Shown in pieces: positions 29,597 to 39,820 of a DNA stretch of 64,000 nt (position 1 is the first letter of the stretch; each line of letters begins with the position of its first letter). The translations under genes and the position numbers were made by a program. The DNA lies in assembly GCF_000009045.1 (NCBI RefSeq), contig NC_000964.3:3658001-3722000 (forward strand), given 5' to 3'. The notes under the pieces were generated by a model. It was not told the DNA's origin, ran no database searches, and saw only the letters and a program-made list of their open reading frames with translations. Origin of the DNA: Bacillus subtilis subsp. subtilis str. 168 (GTDB taxonomy: Bacteria; Bacillota; Bacilli; Bacillales; Bacillaceae).

Positions 29597-30547
29597 TTAA
29601 ATATGAGACACGATAAGGGTACAAGTTCCTTTTATCGTAAAATCGGGCATTTGAGCCGGCAAAATAAAGTGATCACCTTTTTTGAGCGGACATGTTTTGT
29701 CCTCATACTTGAGCAAACCGCTTCCTTCTATCACGCTGCAAATCAGAAAGGATTCATCCTGAGCCATTTCAGCTTCGCCATTGATGTCCCATTTATAAAC
29801 CGAAAAATATTCCCCTTGGACAAATGTTTTAATGGTTATTCCTTTTCTTGATTCTGTCGATTCATCTATATACCCGTCCACATGGGGAACCGTGGCGGCA
29901 TTGACCGCTTTGGCAAAATGAAGCTCTCTCGGACTTCCGTTGCTATCAAGACGGTCATAATCGTACACCCGGTATGTGGCATCTGAATTTTGCTGAGTCT
30001 CTAAAACAAGGGCCCCCTTGCACAATGCGTGCAGCGTTCCGCTCGGCACATAATAGAAATCACCCGGTTTAATTTTGATTCTTCGCAGCAGGCCCTCCCA
30101 GTCACCGCTGTTGATCATTGTGACAAGTTCGGTTTTTGAGCGGGCCGTATGCCCGTAAATGATTTCTGCGTTTTCCTTACAGTCGATAATGTACCAGCAT
30201 TCCGTCTTGCCGAGTTCTCCCTCTTCGTTTTCTCCGGCATAGTAATCATCAGGGTGAACTTTAATTGACGTATCTTCCTTCACATCCAGCAGCTTTGTCA
30301 GAAGCGGAAACCGATCCCCCTCTACGCCGCCGAATACTTCACGGTGCTCTTCCCAAAGCTCGATCAATGTCTTTCCTTTATACGGGCCATTTGCAACAGT
30401 GCTCGGTCCTTTTGGATGAGCGGAAATGGCCCAGCATTCCCCCGTTGATTCTGAAGGAATACTGTATCCAAATCTATCTCGTAAAGCGGTTCCGCCCCAG
30501 ATTTTTTCTTTAAACACAGGCGTTAGAAAAATCGGTGATTGCGTCAT
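29597..30547 (-). CDS. pmi: Mannose-6-phosphate isomerase class I (YvyI)
   Basis: IWGG, ECWAISAHP, SIKVHPDD, GKTECWY and ETQQNSDATYR motifs. Confidence 0.93.
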   Translation of the reverse strand: MTQSPIFLTPVFKEKIWGGTALRDRFGYSIPSESTGECWAISAHPKGPSTVANGPYKGKTLIELWEEHREVFGGVEGDRFPLLTKLLDVKEDTSIKVHPDDYYAGENEEGELGKTECWYIIDCKENAEIIYGHTARSKTELVTMINSGDWEGLLRRIKIKPGDFYYVPSGTLHALCKGALVLETQQNSDATYRVYDYDRLDSNGSPRELHFAKAVNAATVPHVDGYIDESTESRKGITIKTFVQGEYFSVYKWDINGEAEMAQDESFLICSVIEGSGLLKYEDKTCPLKKGDHFILPAQMPDFTIKGTCTLIVSHI

Positions 30548-30811
30548 GATCCGTACCCCTCCCCTGTAAATAACTGATCATCATTTTCCCGGTGCGCCCC
30601 TCTTACAAACGCCCGTATAAGCTGCCTTTTTCCTATGACAACATATGTACAAAGCATCATCTTTTCATTACCCCTTCAAAGAAAACGCTTCCTATCTATT
30701 ATATCACGTCGAAAAGAAGCTTTGTTTCAGCCTTTTCCTCGATAAGAATAATTCTCCTTTTTTGATACAAATTAATAAAAACCGTCAATATGTTTAAGAA
30801 GGAGAGAAACT

Positions 30812-32263
30812 ATGCAAATCGACTCTGATCTCCAGAACAATTTAGACACACTGAAAAAAACATTGGGACAAAACGACGATATGATGTTTTATACATTTGC
30901 TTTCGGAGATAGCAGACAAAAGGCGTGTTTACTGTATATTGACGGTCTGACAGAGAATAAAATGCTGGCGCAATACGTCATTTCTCCTTTACAAAAAGAG
31001 GCGTTGGCCCATAAGGAATGCTCGATTGAAGACTTATCCGCCTTTTTTTTCGGCTTTCACCACAGCGTTGTTTCTACAATGAAAGAAATAGAGCAGCTCG
31101 TTTTTTCAGGGCAAGCCATTTTGCTCGCTGATGGCTATCGCGGAGGATTAGCTTTCGACACAAAGTCAGTCGCAACACGCAGTCTTGATGAACCCTCCTC
31201 CGAAGTCGTGGAACGCGGCCCTAAAATAGGATTTATTGAAAAGCTGCGGACAAACACGGCGCTTTTGCGTGAACGGACGAGTGATCCTAATCTCGTCATC
31301 AAAGAAATGACACTCGGAAAAAGGACCAAAAAGAAAATCGCTGTCGCTTATATTCAGGATATCGCCCCAGATTATGTCGTCAAAGAAGTGTTTAAAAGGC
31401 TGAAATCAGTCAATATAGATAATTTGCCGGAATCGGGGACGCTTGAACAGCTGATTGAAGACGAACCATTTTCAATTTTCCCCACAATATTAAGCACAGA
31501 ACGACCGGACCGGGTCGAAAGTTCTCTATTAGAAGGGCGAGTGTCCATATTAGTGGATGGTACGCCGTTTGCTTTGATTGTACCGGCTACGGTTGACGAA
31601 TTTATTCATTCGCCCGATGATTACAGCCAGCGCTGGATCCCAATGTCACTTGTACGCCTTCTTCGTTATTCCAGCATCCTGATCACCATTTATTTGCCCG
31701 GTCTGTATATTTCTCTCGTTTCTTTTCACACCGGGCTATTGCCGACTAGAATGGCCATTTCCATTGCAGGCAGCAGGCTTAACGTACCATTCCCGCCTTT
31801 TGTAGAGGCCTTTATCATGATCTTTACGATCGAATTGATTCGAGAAGCCGGATTAAGGCTGCCTAAGCCGATTGGACAGACAATTGGCCTTATCGGCGGC
31901 GTTGTCATCGGACAGGCAGCTGTTCAGGCGCAAATTGTCAGTGCGCTTATGGTCATTGTCGTTTCTGTCACAGCACTGGCATCCTTTACCGTTCCTTCAT
32001 ACGCCTATAACTTTCCGCTGCGGATCATTCGGATCGGGGTTATGATAAGTGCAACAGCGCTTGGCATGTACGGCGTTATAATGGTTTATCTGTTTGTGAT
32101 CGGCCATCTCATGCGCCTGAAAAGCTTTGGCCAGGATTACATTATCCCGATCATGGCGCAGCCTGGACAGGATTTGAAAGACACAGTCATCCGTATTCCC
32201 ACGATGTTTTTAAAAAGAAGACCGACACGAAACGATCCCGAAGATAACATCAGACAAAGGTGA
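30812..32263 (+). CDS. gerBA: Spore germinant receptor subunit A
   Basis: GerA family motifs STERPDR, VDGTP, REAGLRLP and GQAAVQA. Confidence 0.95.
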   Translation: MQIDSDLQNNLDTLKKTLGQNDDMMFYTFAFGDSRQKACLLYIDGLTENKMLAQYVISPLQKEALAHKECSIEDLSAFFFGFHHSVVSTMKEIEQLVFSGQAILLADGYRGGLAFDTKSVATRSLDEPSSEVVERGPKIGFIEKLRTNTALLRERTSDPNLVIKEMTLGKRTKKKIAVAYIQDIAPDYVVKEVFKRLKSVNIDNLPESGTLEQLIEDEPFSIFPTILSTERPDRVESSLLEGRVSILVDGTPFALIVPATVDEFIHSPDDYSQRWIPMSLVRLLRYSSILITIYLPGLYISLVSFHTGLLPTRMAISIAGSRLNVPFPPFVEAFIMIFTIELIREAGLRLPKPIGQTIGLIGGVVIGQAAVQAQIVSALMVIVVSVTALASFTVPSYAYNFPLRIIRIGVMISATALGMYGVIMVYLFVIGHLMRLKSFGQDYIIPIMAQPGQDLKDTVIRIPTMFLKRRPTRNDPEDNIRQR

Positions 32264-32268
32264 TGGCT

Positions 32269-33375
32269 ATGAGGAAATCAGAGCATAAACTGACATTTAT
32301 GCAGACGCTCATTATGATCAGCAGCACATTGATTGGTGCCGGGGTGCTGACCCTTCCCCGCTCAGCCGCCGAAACCGGCAGTCCGAGCGGATGGCTAATG
32401 ATACTGCTCCAGGGCGTTATTTTTATTATCATCGTTCTGCTTTTTTTGCCTTTTCTTCAAAAAAACAGCGGAAAAACTCTTTTTAAGCTCAACAGCATTG
32501 TAGCTGGAAAATTCATCGGCTTTCTATTGAATTTATATATCTGTCTATATTTCATTGGGATTGTTTGCTTTCAAGCTCGGATTTTGGGAGAGGTTGTCGG
32601 ATTCTTTTTGTTGAAAAATACGCCAATGGCAGTTGTGGTGTTTATATTTCTTGCAGTTGCCATCTATCATGTAGGCGGAGGCGTTTATTCAATTGCAAAA
32701 GTATACGCTTATATTTTTCCTATAACCCTTATTATTTTTATGATGCTTCTGATGTTCAGCTTTCGCTTGTTCCAGCTTGATTTTATCCGGCCGGTATTTG
32801 AAGGAGGCTATCAAAGCTTTTTCTCTTTATTCCCAAAAACATTATTATATTTCTCCGGATTTGAAATCATTTTTTACCTGGTCCCCTTTATGAGAGATCC
32901 AAAGCAAGTGAAAAAGGCTGTTGCTCTGGGCATCGCGACTTCCACATTGTTCTACAGCATTACTTTGCTCATTGTGATTGGCTGTATGACTGTGGCTGAG
33001 GCAAAAACGGTGACATGGCCGACCATTTCCCTTATTCACGCATTAGAGGTTCCGGGTATTTTTATTGAACGATTTGATTTGTTCTTACAGCTGACCTGGA
33101 CAGCCCAGCAATTTGCCTGTATGCTCGGATCCTTTAAAGGCGCCCATATCGGGTTAACGGAAATCTTTCATCTAAAAAATAAAAACAATGCATGGCTGCT
33201 GACTGCAATGCTGGCTGCGACGTTTTTCATAACGATGTATCCCAAGGACTTGAATGACGTGTTTTATTACGGGACGCTTCTTGGATATGCTTTCTTAATT
33301 GTGATTACAATTCCATTCTTCGTCTGGTTTTTAAGCTGGATACAGAAAAAAATAGGGAGGGGGCAGCTGCAATGA
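32269..33375 (+). CDS. gerBB: Spore germinant receptor subunit B (APC-type membrane protein)
   Basis: IGAGVLTLP, YFSGFE and IERFD motifs; hydrophobic. Confidence 0.94.
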   Translation: MRKSEHKLTFMQTLIMISSTLIGAGVLTLPRSAAETGSPSGWLMILLQGVIFIIIVLLFLPFLQKNSGKTLFKLNSIVAGKFIGFLLNLYICLYFIGIVCFQARILGEVVGFFLLKNTPMAVVVFIFLAVAIYHVGGGVYSIAKVYAYIFPITLIIFMMLLMFSFRLFQLDFIRPVFEGGYQSFFSLFPKTLLYFSGFEIIFYLVPFMRDPKQVKKAVALGIATSTLFYSITLLIVIGCMTVAEAKTVTWPTISLIHALEVPGIFIERFDLFLQLTWTAQQFACMLGSFKGAHIGLTEIFHLKNKNNAWLLTAMLAATFFITMYPKDLNDVFYYGTLLGYAFLIVITIPFFVWFLSWIQKKIGRGQLQ

Positions 33376-34496
33376 AAACAGCATCAAAATTCTCCGTCAT
33401 GTTTTTTATGCTGCTGGCCCTCTGCGGCTGCTGGGATGTCAAAGATATCGAGCAACTATCCTTCGCCAGAGGGCTGGCGATCGATGAGACAAATGATCAC
33501 CAGTACAAACTGACGTATCAAAATCTTCTTCCCCAAAGCGAAGACAGCCAAGCATCCGGAAAACCCGAATTTGTTAATGTAACGTCCCACGGGAAAACGA
33601 TTCTGGAAGCAGTCAGTGATGTATCCATCAAGGACCCTCCTGTTTATAGCGATCATTTAAAAGTGATCCTTCTGGGAGAAAAACTGATGAGGAATCAAAA
33701 TGTAGACCAAGTCCTCAACCACTTTATCCGGGATGATGAGCTGCGGCGAAGCAGCTATTTGATGGCAGCCAGAGGGAATGCAGCTGATGTTTTCACAAAA
33801 GGAAACCCCAATCAGCAGCAGCCGATGCCCTCCGAAAAACTGATTGATTTGACAACTCACAGCGGATATAACGGTAAGATTATGATACCGCTGCGCATCG
33901 GAAGAGCTTCTGTCTACTCTCAGAACGGGTACAGTTATCTTATTCAAGCCGTGAAAAACGAAAAGGGAAAAGCCAAGTATGACGGAGCAGGCATTATCAA
34001 AAGGGGCAGCAATAAACTCGTTGGGTTTCTTTCAGCTGATGAAACCCAAACACTGTCATGGGTCATGGGGACGATCCAAGGCGGTGTCATGCCGACGACA
34101 GATAAAGGACATCCGATTACGTTTGAAATTAAAAAGTCGAAAACGAAAATTAAGCCCGTCATTGAAAACGGAAAGCCTGTCTTTCATATTTCTGTTAAAA
34201 CGAAGGGCATCCTGACAGAAGACCAAAACCCGAATGAAAACTCCTTTAGCAAAAGTTATTTGCACAGGCTGGAAAACATTTTTGAAAAAAAGCTTGAACG
34301 AGATGTAAAGCAGGTGATGGATAAACTGCAGCACGAGTATAAAACCGATCCGGTCTTTTTATCAGACCACATAAGGATTCAACACCCTGACTACTGGAAT
34401 AAAGTAAAAGGGCATTGGGATGAAATATTTTCTGAGACTGATTTTAAGTACGATATTTCTTTTAAAATCATTAACTTTGGCACGGTGGGAAAGTAA
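33372..34496 (+). CDS. gerBC: Spore germinant receptor subunit C lipoprotein
   Basis: LCGCWD lipobox; ATGA overlap with gerBB. Confidence 0.94.
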   Translation: MKTASKFSVMFFMLLALCGCWDVKDIEQLSFARGLAIDETNDHQYKLTYQNLLPQSEDSQASGKPEFVNVTSHGKTILEAVSDVSIKDPPVYSDHLKVILLGEKLMRNQNVDQVLNHFIRDDELRRSSYLMAARGNAADVFTKGNPNQQQPMPSEKLIDLTTHSGYNGKIMIPLRIGRASVYSQNGYSYLIQAVKNEKGKAKYDGAGIIKRGSNKLVGFLSADETQTLSWVMGTIQGGVMPTTDKGHPITFEIKKSKTKIKPVIENGKPVFHISVKTKGILTEDQNPNENSFSKSYLHRLENIFEKKLERDVKQVMDKLQHEYKTDPVFLSDHIRIQHPDYWNKVKGHWDEIFSETDFKYDISFKIINFGTVGK

Positions 34497-34502
34497 GCAA
34501 TC

Positions 34503-34534
34503 AAAAGGGTGCGCATGATCGCGCACCCTTTTTT
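34503..34534. terminator. Bidirectional terminator gerBC/ywtG
   Basis: AAAAGGGTGCGC-atgatc-GCGCACCCTTTT. Confidence 0.9.
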
Positions 34535-35906
34535 ATGTTCCGACAGTCTGCTGTTTTCCGGCCGCTCCTCCCTGTCCGTTTTTGTCCCGTAAATCCTGCT
34601 CAATTTCTTCAAGGCTTCTTCCCTTTGTCTCTGTCACTTTAAATCGGACAAATAAGAACGCCATGATACCGATCGCGGCATAAATCAGGAATAAATAACT
34701 GATTCCGATCGCTTCCATTAATATTGGATAGGTTAATGAAACAATCAGTGTCCCAACGTGCAACATTAAGGTCGAAACACCGGTCCCGATTCCTCTGACG
34801 TGAAGCGGGAACAATTCAGGAAGCATCACCCACACAACCGGTCCCCAGCTGACCGCAAAGACAACGATAAACACGCCTAAACAAATGACGGTCGTCCATG
34901 AGGCAGCCGGAGTGTTATCGAAAAAGAGATTTACTAAAGCGAGAACGATCAAGCTGATCACCATGCCCGCATTCCCGAATAGCAGTAACGGCTTTCTTCC
35001 AATCTTGTCGATGATTTTAATCGCTACTAATGTCATGAGAACATTGACTGTGCCGATTCCGACCGTGCCTAAAATCGAAGCGGAGTTTCCGAATCCGACG
35101 TTTGTAAAGGTCTTTGGCGCATAGTAGATGATCGTATTCGTTCCGATAAATTGCTGCAAAAAAGCGAGTCCCAAACCTGCAATAAGCGCTGGGCGCACCC
35201 ATGGATCGAACAGCTCCTTCAGACCGCCTTCATCCTGCTTTTCCGCTTCTTTTATATCATGTATTTCCTGATCAATATCTTTTGTGCCACGCAATTTTTC
35301 AAGAATTTTCTTCGCTTTGCTTTCTTCGCCATTCGTGAACAGCCAGCGCGGGCTCTCCGGCATAAACAAAATGCCAATAAGCAAGAGCAATGACGGCACA
35401 GCAGCCAATCCAAGCATCCAGCGCCACGCTTCGGCATCGGCAAATATGTAATTGACAATGTAAGAAAGAAGGATGCCGACCGTGATCATCAGCTGATTCA
35501 GTGATGACAGCGCCCCGCGTTTATGTTTTGGCGCCAGTTCAGATAAATAAAGGGGTACGATTGTCGTCGATGTTCCGACTGCAAGTCCCAAAATGATGCG
35601 AAACAGCACCATGACTCCTGTATTTGGGGCCAGTGCCACACCAAGACCGCCTATACAAAACAGCAGCGCGGCTGCCATAATTGCTTTTTTTCTTCCGAAA
35701 CGGTCAGTCAGCTTGCCGGCCGCTCCTGAGCCCAATATCGCCCCAACCAGCAAGGAGCTGACAACAAGACCTTCTGTAAACGCGTTTAAGCCTAACTCCT
35801 TTTTCATAAATAAAATAGCTCCGGAAATCACTCCGGTATCATAGCCATATAACGCGCCTCCAAGAGCTCCGAAAAAATAAAGCCATATATTTGACTGCTT
35901 TTTCAT
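34533..35906 (-). CDS. ywtG: MFS sugar porter family transporter
   Basis: GYDTGVI, DRFGRK, PESPRWL, DKIGRK and ETKGRSLEEI motifs. Confidence 0.92.
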   Translation of the reverse strand: MKKQSNIWLYFFGALGGALYGYDTGVISGAILFMKKELGLNAFTEGLVVSSLLVGAILGSGAAGKLTDRFGRKKAIMAAALLFCIGGLGVALAPNTGVMVLFRIILGLAVGTSTTIVPLYLSELAPKHKRGALSSLNQLMITVGILLSYIVNYIFADAEAWRWMLGLAAVPSLLLLIGILFMPESPRWLFTNGEESKAKKILEKLRGTKDIDQEIHDIKEAEKQDEGGLKELFDPWVRPALIAGLGLAFLQQFIGTNTIIYYAPKTFTNVGFGNSASILGTVGIGTVNVLMTLVAIKIIDKIGRKPLLLFGNAGMVISLIVLALVNLFFDNTPAASWTTVICLGVFIVVFAVSWGPVVWVMLPELFPLHVRGIGTGVSTLMLHVGTLIVSLTYPILMEAIGISYLFLIYAAIGIMAFLFVRFKVTETKGRSLEEIEQDLRDKNGQGGAAGKQQTVGT

Positions 35907-35970
35907 AAAGATGACTCCCTTTCTCCATCAGCTGCAATGACATTGTCTGTGGGATTTTTTTAGAAATCTT

Positions 35971-35996
35971 TTAGCCTCTTTTTCCGGCCATTAAAC
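35971..35996 (-). promoter_or_regulatory. SigB promoter of ywtG
   Basis: GTTTAA-14-GGCTAA. Confidence 0.7.
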
Positions 35997-36056
35997 CTTT
36001 TTATTTTTCTGATCATAAGTTTTCCAATCATTTACTTGTATTTTTTTCAATGTCGC

Positions 36057-36082
36057 CGAAACATTTTACCTGCTGCGGCGTC
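36057..36082 (+). promoter_or_regulatory. ECF (SigM-type) promoter of tagV
   Basis: CGAAAC-16-CGTC. Confidence 0.7.
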
Positions 36083-36238
36083 CAATATAAGGTGATTCAG
36101 TACATTATCGTTATCAATTTTCAAAAACAAGAACTTATAAATATAGGAATATTTATCGAAAAATGTCTTTCGAGTAGTTGCCCCATGGCAAATAGAATGG
36201 TACGCTTCAAATATTAAAGAAACGTGAGGTATTGATAT

Positions 36239-37207
36239 ATGGAAGAACGATCACAGCGCAGAAAGAAAAAAAGAAAACTAAAAAAATGGGTGAAAGTTGT
36301 TGCCGGATTAATGGCTTTTTTAGTCATTGCGGCAGGCTCTGTCGGCGCCTATGCTTTTGTAAAGCTGAACAATGCTTCTAAGGAAGCTCATGTCAGCCTT
36401 GCACGCGGAGAACAATCTGTAAAACGGATCAAAGAATTTGATCCTGGAAAAGATTCTTTTTCTGTATTGCTCTTAGGAATTGATGCCAGGGAGAAAAACG
36501 GCGAGACCGTCGATCAGGCAAGAAGTGACGCGAATGTGCTGGTTACATTTAATCGGAAAGAAAAAACAGCTAAAATGCTGAGCATTCCGCGTGACGCCTA
36601 TGTAAACATCCCAGGCCACGGGTATGATAAATTCACACATGCTCACGCTTACGGCGGCGTTGACTTAACTGTGAAAACAGTTGAAGAAATGCTGGATATT
36701 CCAGTCGATTATGTCGTAGAAAGCAATTTCACGGCTTTTGAAGACGTCGTAAACGAGTTAAATGGCGTCAAAGTAACTGTAAAAAGCGATAAAGTCATTC
36801 AGCAAATCAAAAAAGATACAAAAGGTAAAGTCGTTCTTCAAAAAGGAACACATACGCTTGATGGGGAAGAAGCGCTCGCTTACGTAAGAACACGTAAAGC
36901 GGACAGTGACCTTTTACGCGGGCAAAGACAAATGGAAGTGCTGAGCGCCATTATAGATAAATCAAAATCATTGAGCTCAATTCCGGCTTATGATGATATT
37001 GTGGATACGATGGGGCAAAATTTAAAAATGAACTTATCTCTTAAAGATGCCATCGGCCTGTTCCCGTTCATCACTTCATTGAAATCAGTTGAGTCTATTC
37101 AGCTGACGGGTTATGATTATGAACCTGCCGGAGTCTATTATTTCAAATTGAATCAGCAAAAGCTGCAGGAAGTTAAAAAAGAGCTGCAAAACGATTTAGG
37201 TGTATAA
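36239..37207 (+). CDS. tagV: LCP-family teichoic acid ligase (YwtF)
   Basis: Basic N-terminus, TM helix, ARSDA, SIPRDA and SDLLRGQRQ motifs. Confidence 0.93.
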   Translation: MEERSQRRKKKRKLKKWVKVVAGLMAFLVIAAGSVGAYAFVKLNNASKEAHVSLARGEQSVKRIKEFDPGKDSFSVLLLGIDAREKNGETVDQARSDANVLVTFNRKEKTAKMLSIPRDAYVNIPGHGYDKFTHAHAYGGVDLTVKTVEEMLDIPVDYVVESNFTAFEDVVNELNGVKVTVKSDKVIQQIKKDTKGKVVLQKGTHTLDGEEALAYVRTRKADSDLLRGQRQMEVLSAIIDKSKSLSSIPAYDDIVDTMGQNLKMNLSLKDAIGLFPFITSLKSVESIQLTGYDYEPAGVYYFKLNQQKLQEVKKELQNDLGV

Positions 37208-37209
37208 TG

Positions 37210-37239
37210 AACGGGATGGCGATTACGCCATCCCGTTTT
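37210..37239 (+). terminator. Terminator after tagV
   Basis: AACGGGATGGCG-atta-CGCCATCCCGTTTT. Confidence 0.88.
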
Positions 37240-37362
37240 ACATATTTCCTTGTTGAAAATTATCAAAGTAACGTTTAGCCTTAATTTATATGGATTATGT
37301 TTCACAGGCAAGCTGAACATACTACACGAAGCAGCTTCATTTTTAAGGAGGTTCCCCTACAT

Positions 37363-38223
37363 ATGAAATGTATTGCGATTGATCTAGACGGAACATTACT
37401 GAATAAAGAAAGCGTCATTTCTGCGGAAAACAGAGAGGCGATCAAGCGGGCCGTTGATGCCGGCATCCTCGTCACCATTTGCACGGGAAGAGCGACATTT
37501 GATGTAAAAGCGCTGCTGGATGACTTGGACATCCCTATCATTGCAGCTAATGGCGGTACGATCCACGACACGGGTTACCGTTTGATCAGCCGGACATTAA
37601 TGGATCAGGAAGCCGGTAAAGCGATTGCTGATTACTTACTTTCAAAAAACATTTACTTTGAGGTATATACAGATGACCATCTGCTTTCTCCTTTTGACGG
37701 CGAAGCTAAGCTGCACGCGGAGCTTGACATTCTAAAGAGCGCAAACCCAAACGAGCAGACGGATGACTTGTGGCAAGGAGCCATGACTCAATTCAAACAG
37801 TTTGGCATTAAACCAATCCCTCATATCGAATCGGTTTTTGACGGCGGTGAAAACATTTATAAGCTTCTTTGCTTCTCCTTTGATATGGACAAGCTGAAAC
37901 AAGCGAAGGAAGAACTGAAGCATCATAAAAAACTGGCGCAAACCTCTTCAGGAAAACATATTATCGAAATCCTGCCGGCCTCGTCAGGAAAAGGACGCGC
38001 GTTAACAAAGCTGGCTGACATATACGGAATTGAAACACAGGATATCTATGCGATCGGCGATAGTCCAAACGATTTGTCCATGTTTGAAGTCGCCGGACAC
38101 CGTATCGCCATGGAAAATGCGATTGATGAATTAAAAGAAAAAAGCACCTTTGTCACAAAAAGCAATGACGAAAATGGTGTGGCCTACTTTATAGACCAGC
38201 TTCTTTCGGGGCAATATGCATAA
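37363..38223 (+). CDS. ywtE: Cof-type HAD phosphatase
   Basis: DLDGTLL, CTGR, SSGKGRAL and GDSPND motifs; AAGGAGG RBS places the start at 37363. Confidence 0.92.
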   Translation: MKCIAIDLDGTLLNKESVISAENREAIKRAVDAGILVTICTGRATFDVKALLDDLDIPIIAANGGTIHDTGYRLISRTLMDQEAGKAIADYLLSKNIYFEVYTDDHLLSPFDGEAKLHAELDILKSANPNEQTDDLWQGAMTQFKQFGIKPIPHIESVFDGGENIYKLLCFSFDMDKLKQAKEELKHHKKLAQTSSGKHIIEILPASSGKGRALTKLADIYGIETQDIYAIGDSPNDLSMFEVAGHRIAMENAIDELKEKSTFVTKSNDENGVAYFIDQLLSGQYA

Positions 38224-38225
38224 AG

Positions 38226-38253
38226 AAAAGACTCCAGAGATTGGAGTCTTTTT
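38226..38253. terminator. Bidirectional terminator ywtE/pgdS
   Basis: AAAAGACTCCA-gagat-TGGAGTCTTTT. Confidence 0.85.
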
Positions 38254-38256
38254 CTT

Positions 38257-39498
38257 TTATTGCACCCGTATACTTCCTGCGTATTTATCCTTCCAATATG
38301 TGCTCGTGTTCATATTGGTAATGGTCACGCCGTTTGATAATGTGACATGAACAACTTGTCCGTTTCCGATATAGATGGAGGGATTTAAGCTTGTTGATTG
38401 AAAGAACACAATGTCTCCCGGCTTCAGGTCCGCCTTCTCAATCTTAGTTCCGGCATTGTACTGGCTTGTTGCGTATCGAGGCAGGGAAATACCGGCTGCT
38501 TTCTGGTATACATATTGGACAAATCCAGCTGTATCAAATCCCGTCTCAGGTGTTACTCCGCCCTGTTTGTAAGGCACTTCTCCGACATAAAGCGTCGCTT
38601 CGGAAACAATCGGATTTTCTTTCGGGATTGTCAGGTTGTCAAATCGGCGAATACCCGTCATCTTCGATTTCCAGTAATCCTCTGACAAATAGGAAATGGT
38701 TACTTTTTCTGACCGGCTTGCCTGAATGAACCTGCCTGCGCCCGCATAAATGCCTGCATGTGAAATTCCCGTTTTATACGTATTGCTGAAATAGACGACA
38801 TCACCAGGCTTTATGTTCTGAGGGGCTACCTTCTCGCCCACTGCCCACTGCTGTTCGGCTGATCGCGGTAGATAAATGCCGAGTGCCTGTTGAAACACAT
38901 ATTGCACAAGCCCCGAGCAATCAAAGCCCTCTGACGGCGTGCTTCCGCCAAACACATATGGGACACCGATATATTTTTCGGCCTCCTGAACGACAGGAAC
39001 ATCAGCCGTTGCCGGATCGGCAGCGATTCGTCTCGCCCCGATATAAGTTCCGCTCCAATAGCTGCTTTTTTTGTAATTGGTGATGATAACCCCTTTTGAC
39101 TGTGTACTGTGAACCATTTGGCCGTCTCCGATATAAAGGGCGTCATGTGTCGGAACAGTGCCGGTGCTTCCCTCTTTCTTGAAAAACAAAATATCACCCG
39201 GCTTCAGGTTTTCCGGTTTTACAGCTGTTCCGATTTTATACTGGTCGTTTACAGATCTCGGCAGATGAATATCAGCCTTACTGAACACATATTGTATCAA
39301 TCCTGATGGATCGAAACCCTCTTTCGGCGTTTCCCCGCCATATTTATACTGATATCCAAGCAGGTTTTTTGCTTCGCTGACAATCAATTCTGATGATGTA
39401 TCAGCTTCCGCAATCTCCGCTTTTGTCATAATTGGAACCAAAAAACAAATGATAACCGCCACAAGCAAAAACTTCTTCCAGTTTGCCAGTGTGTTCAC
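38257..39498 (-). CDS. pgdS: Poly-gamma-glutamate DL-endopeptidase with three NlpC/P60 domains
   Basis: Signal peptide; GFDPSG, GFDCSG and GFDTAG domains; GTG start behind GAGGAGG. Confidence 0.95.
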   Translation of the reverse strand: MNTLANWKKFLLVAVIICFLVPIMTKAEIAEADTSSELIVSEAKNLLGYQYKYGGETPKEGFDPSGLIQYVFSKADIHLPRSVNDQYKIGTAVKPENLKPGDILFFKKEGSTGTVPTHDALYIGDGQMVHSTQSKGVIITNYKKSSYWSGTYIGARRIAADPATADVPVVQEAEKYIGVPYVFGGSTPSEGFDCSGLVQYVFQQALGIYLPRSAEQQWAVGEKVAPQNIKPGDVVYFSNTYKTGISHAGIYAGAGRFIQASRSEKVTISYLSEDYWKSKMTGIRRFDNLTIPKENPIVSEATLYVGEVPYKQGGVTPETGFDTAGFVQYVYQKAAGISLPRYATSQYNAGTKIEKADLKPGDIVFFQSTSLNPSIYIGNGQVVHVTLSNGVTITNMNTSTYWKDKYAGSIRVQ

Positions 39499-39530
39499 TT
39501 TTATTATCTCCTCCTCTTTTTGCAGTTTTA

Positions 39531-39557
39531 ACATCGGTATTTTTTTGAATATGTTAA
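39531..39557 (-). promoter_or_regulatory. Probable SigD promoter of pgdS
   Basis: TTAA-15-ACCGATGT. Confidence 0.6.
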
Positions 39558-39600
39558 GAGACTTTTTAATATTTTTACAGAATGAATATGCTGGGCAAAT

Positions 39601-39635
39601 AAAAAGAGAGTGTCTCATCAGACACTCTCTTTTTT
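39601..39635 (-). terminator. Terminator of the pgs operon
   Basis: AAAAAGAGAGTGTCT-catc-AGACACTCTCTTTTT. Confidence 0.88.
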
Positions 39636-39638
39636 GAA

Positions 39639-39806
39639 TTATTTATTGGCGTTTACCGGTTCTTCCTGCTGCTGGATTTTATTCATTTCCATATCAATCT
39701 TCTGTTTTTCCTGATCTGTCAGCTGATCATTGAATTTAAAAGCTGACATAAACATGAACACGATGGCTACGGCAACAAACGGCCAGATGGCTTTGACAAA
39801 TTTCAT
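39639..39806 (-). CDS. pgsE: Small membrane subunit of PGA synthase, 55 aa (not in the ORF track)
   Basis: MKFVKAIWPFVAVAIVFMFMSAFKFNDQ...NANK*; GGAGTG RBS; follows pgsA. Confidence 0.88.
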   Translation of the reverse strand: MKFVKAIWPFVAVAIVFMFMSAFKFNDQLTDQEKQKIDMEMNKIQQQEEPVNANK

Positions 39807-39820
39807 CTTTATCACTCCGA

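Noticed and set aside
30720-30790. SigG promoter for gerB
   Set aside because: Expected from biology, but only a weak GAATA-17-CAAATTA match could be seen
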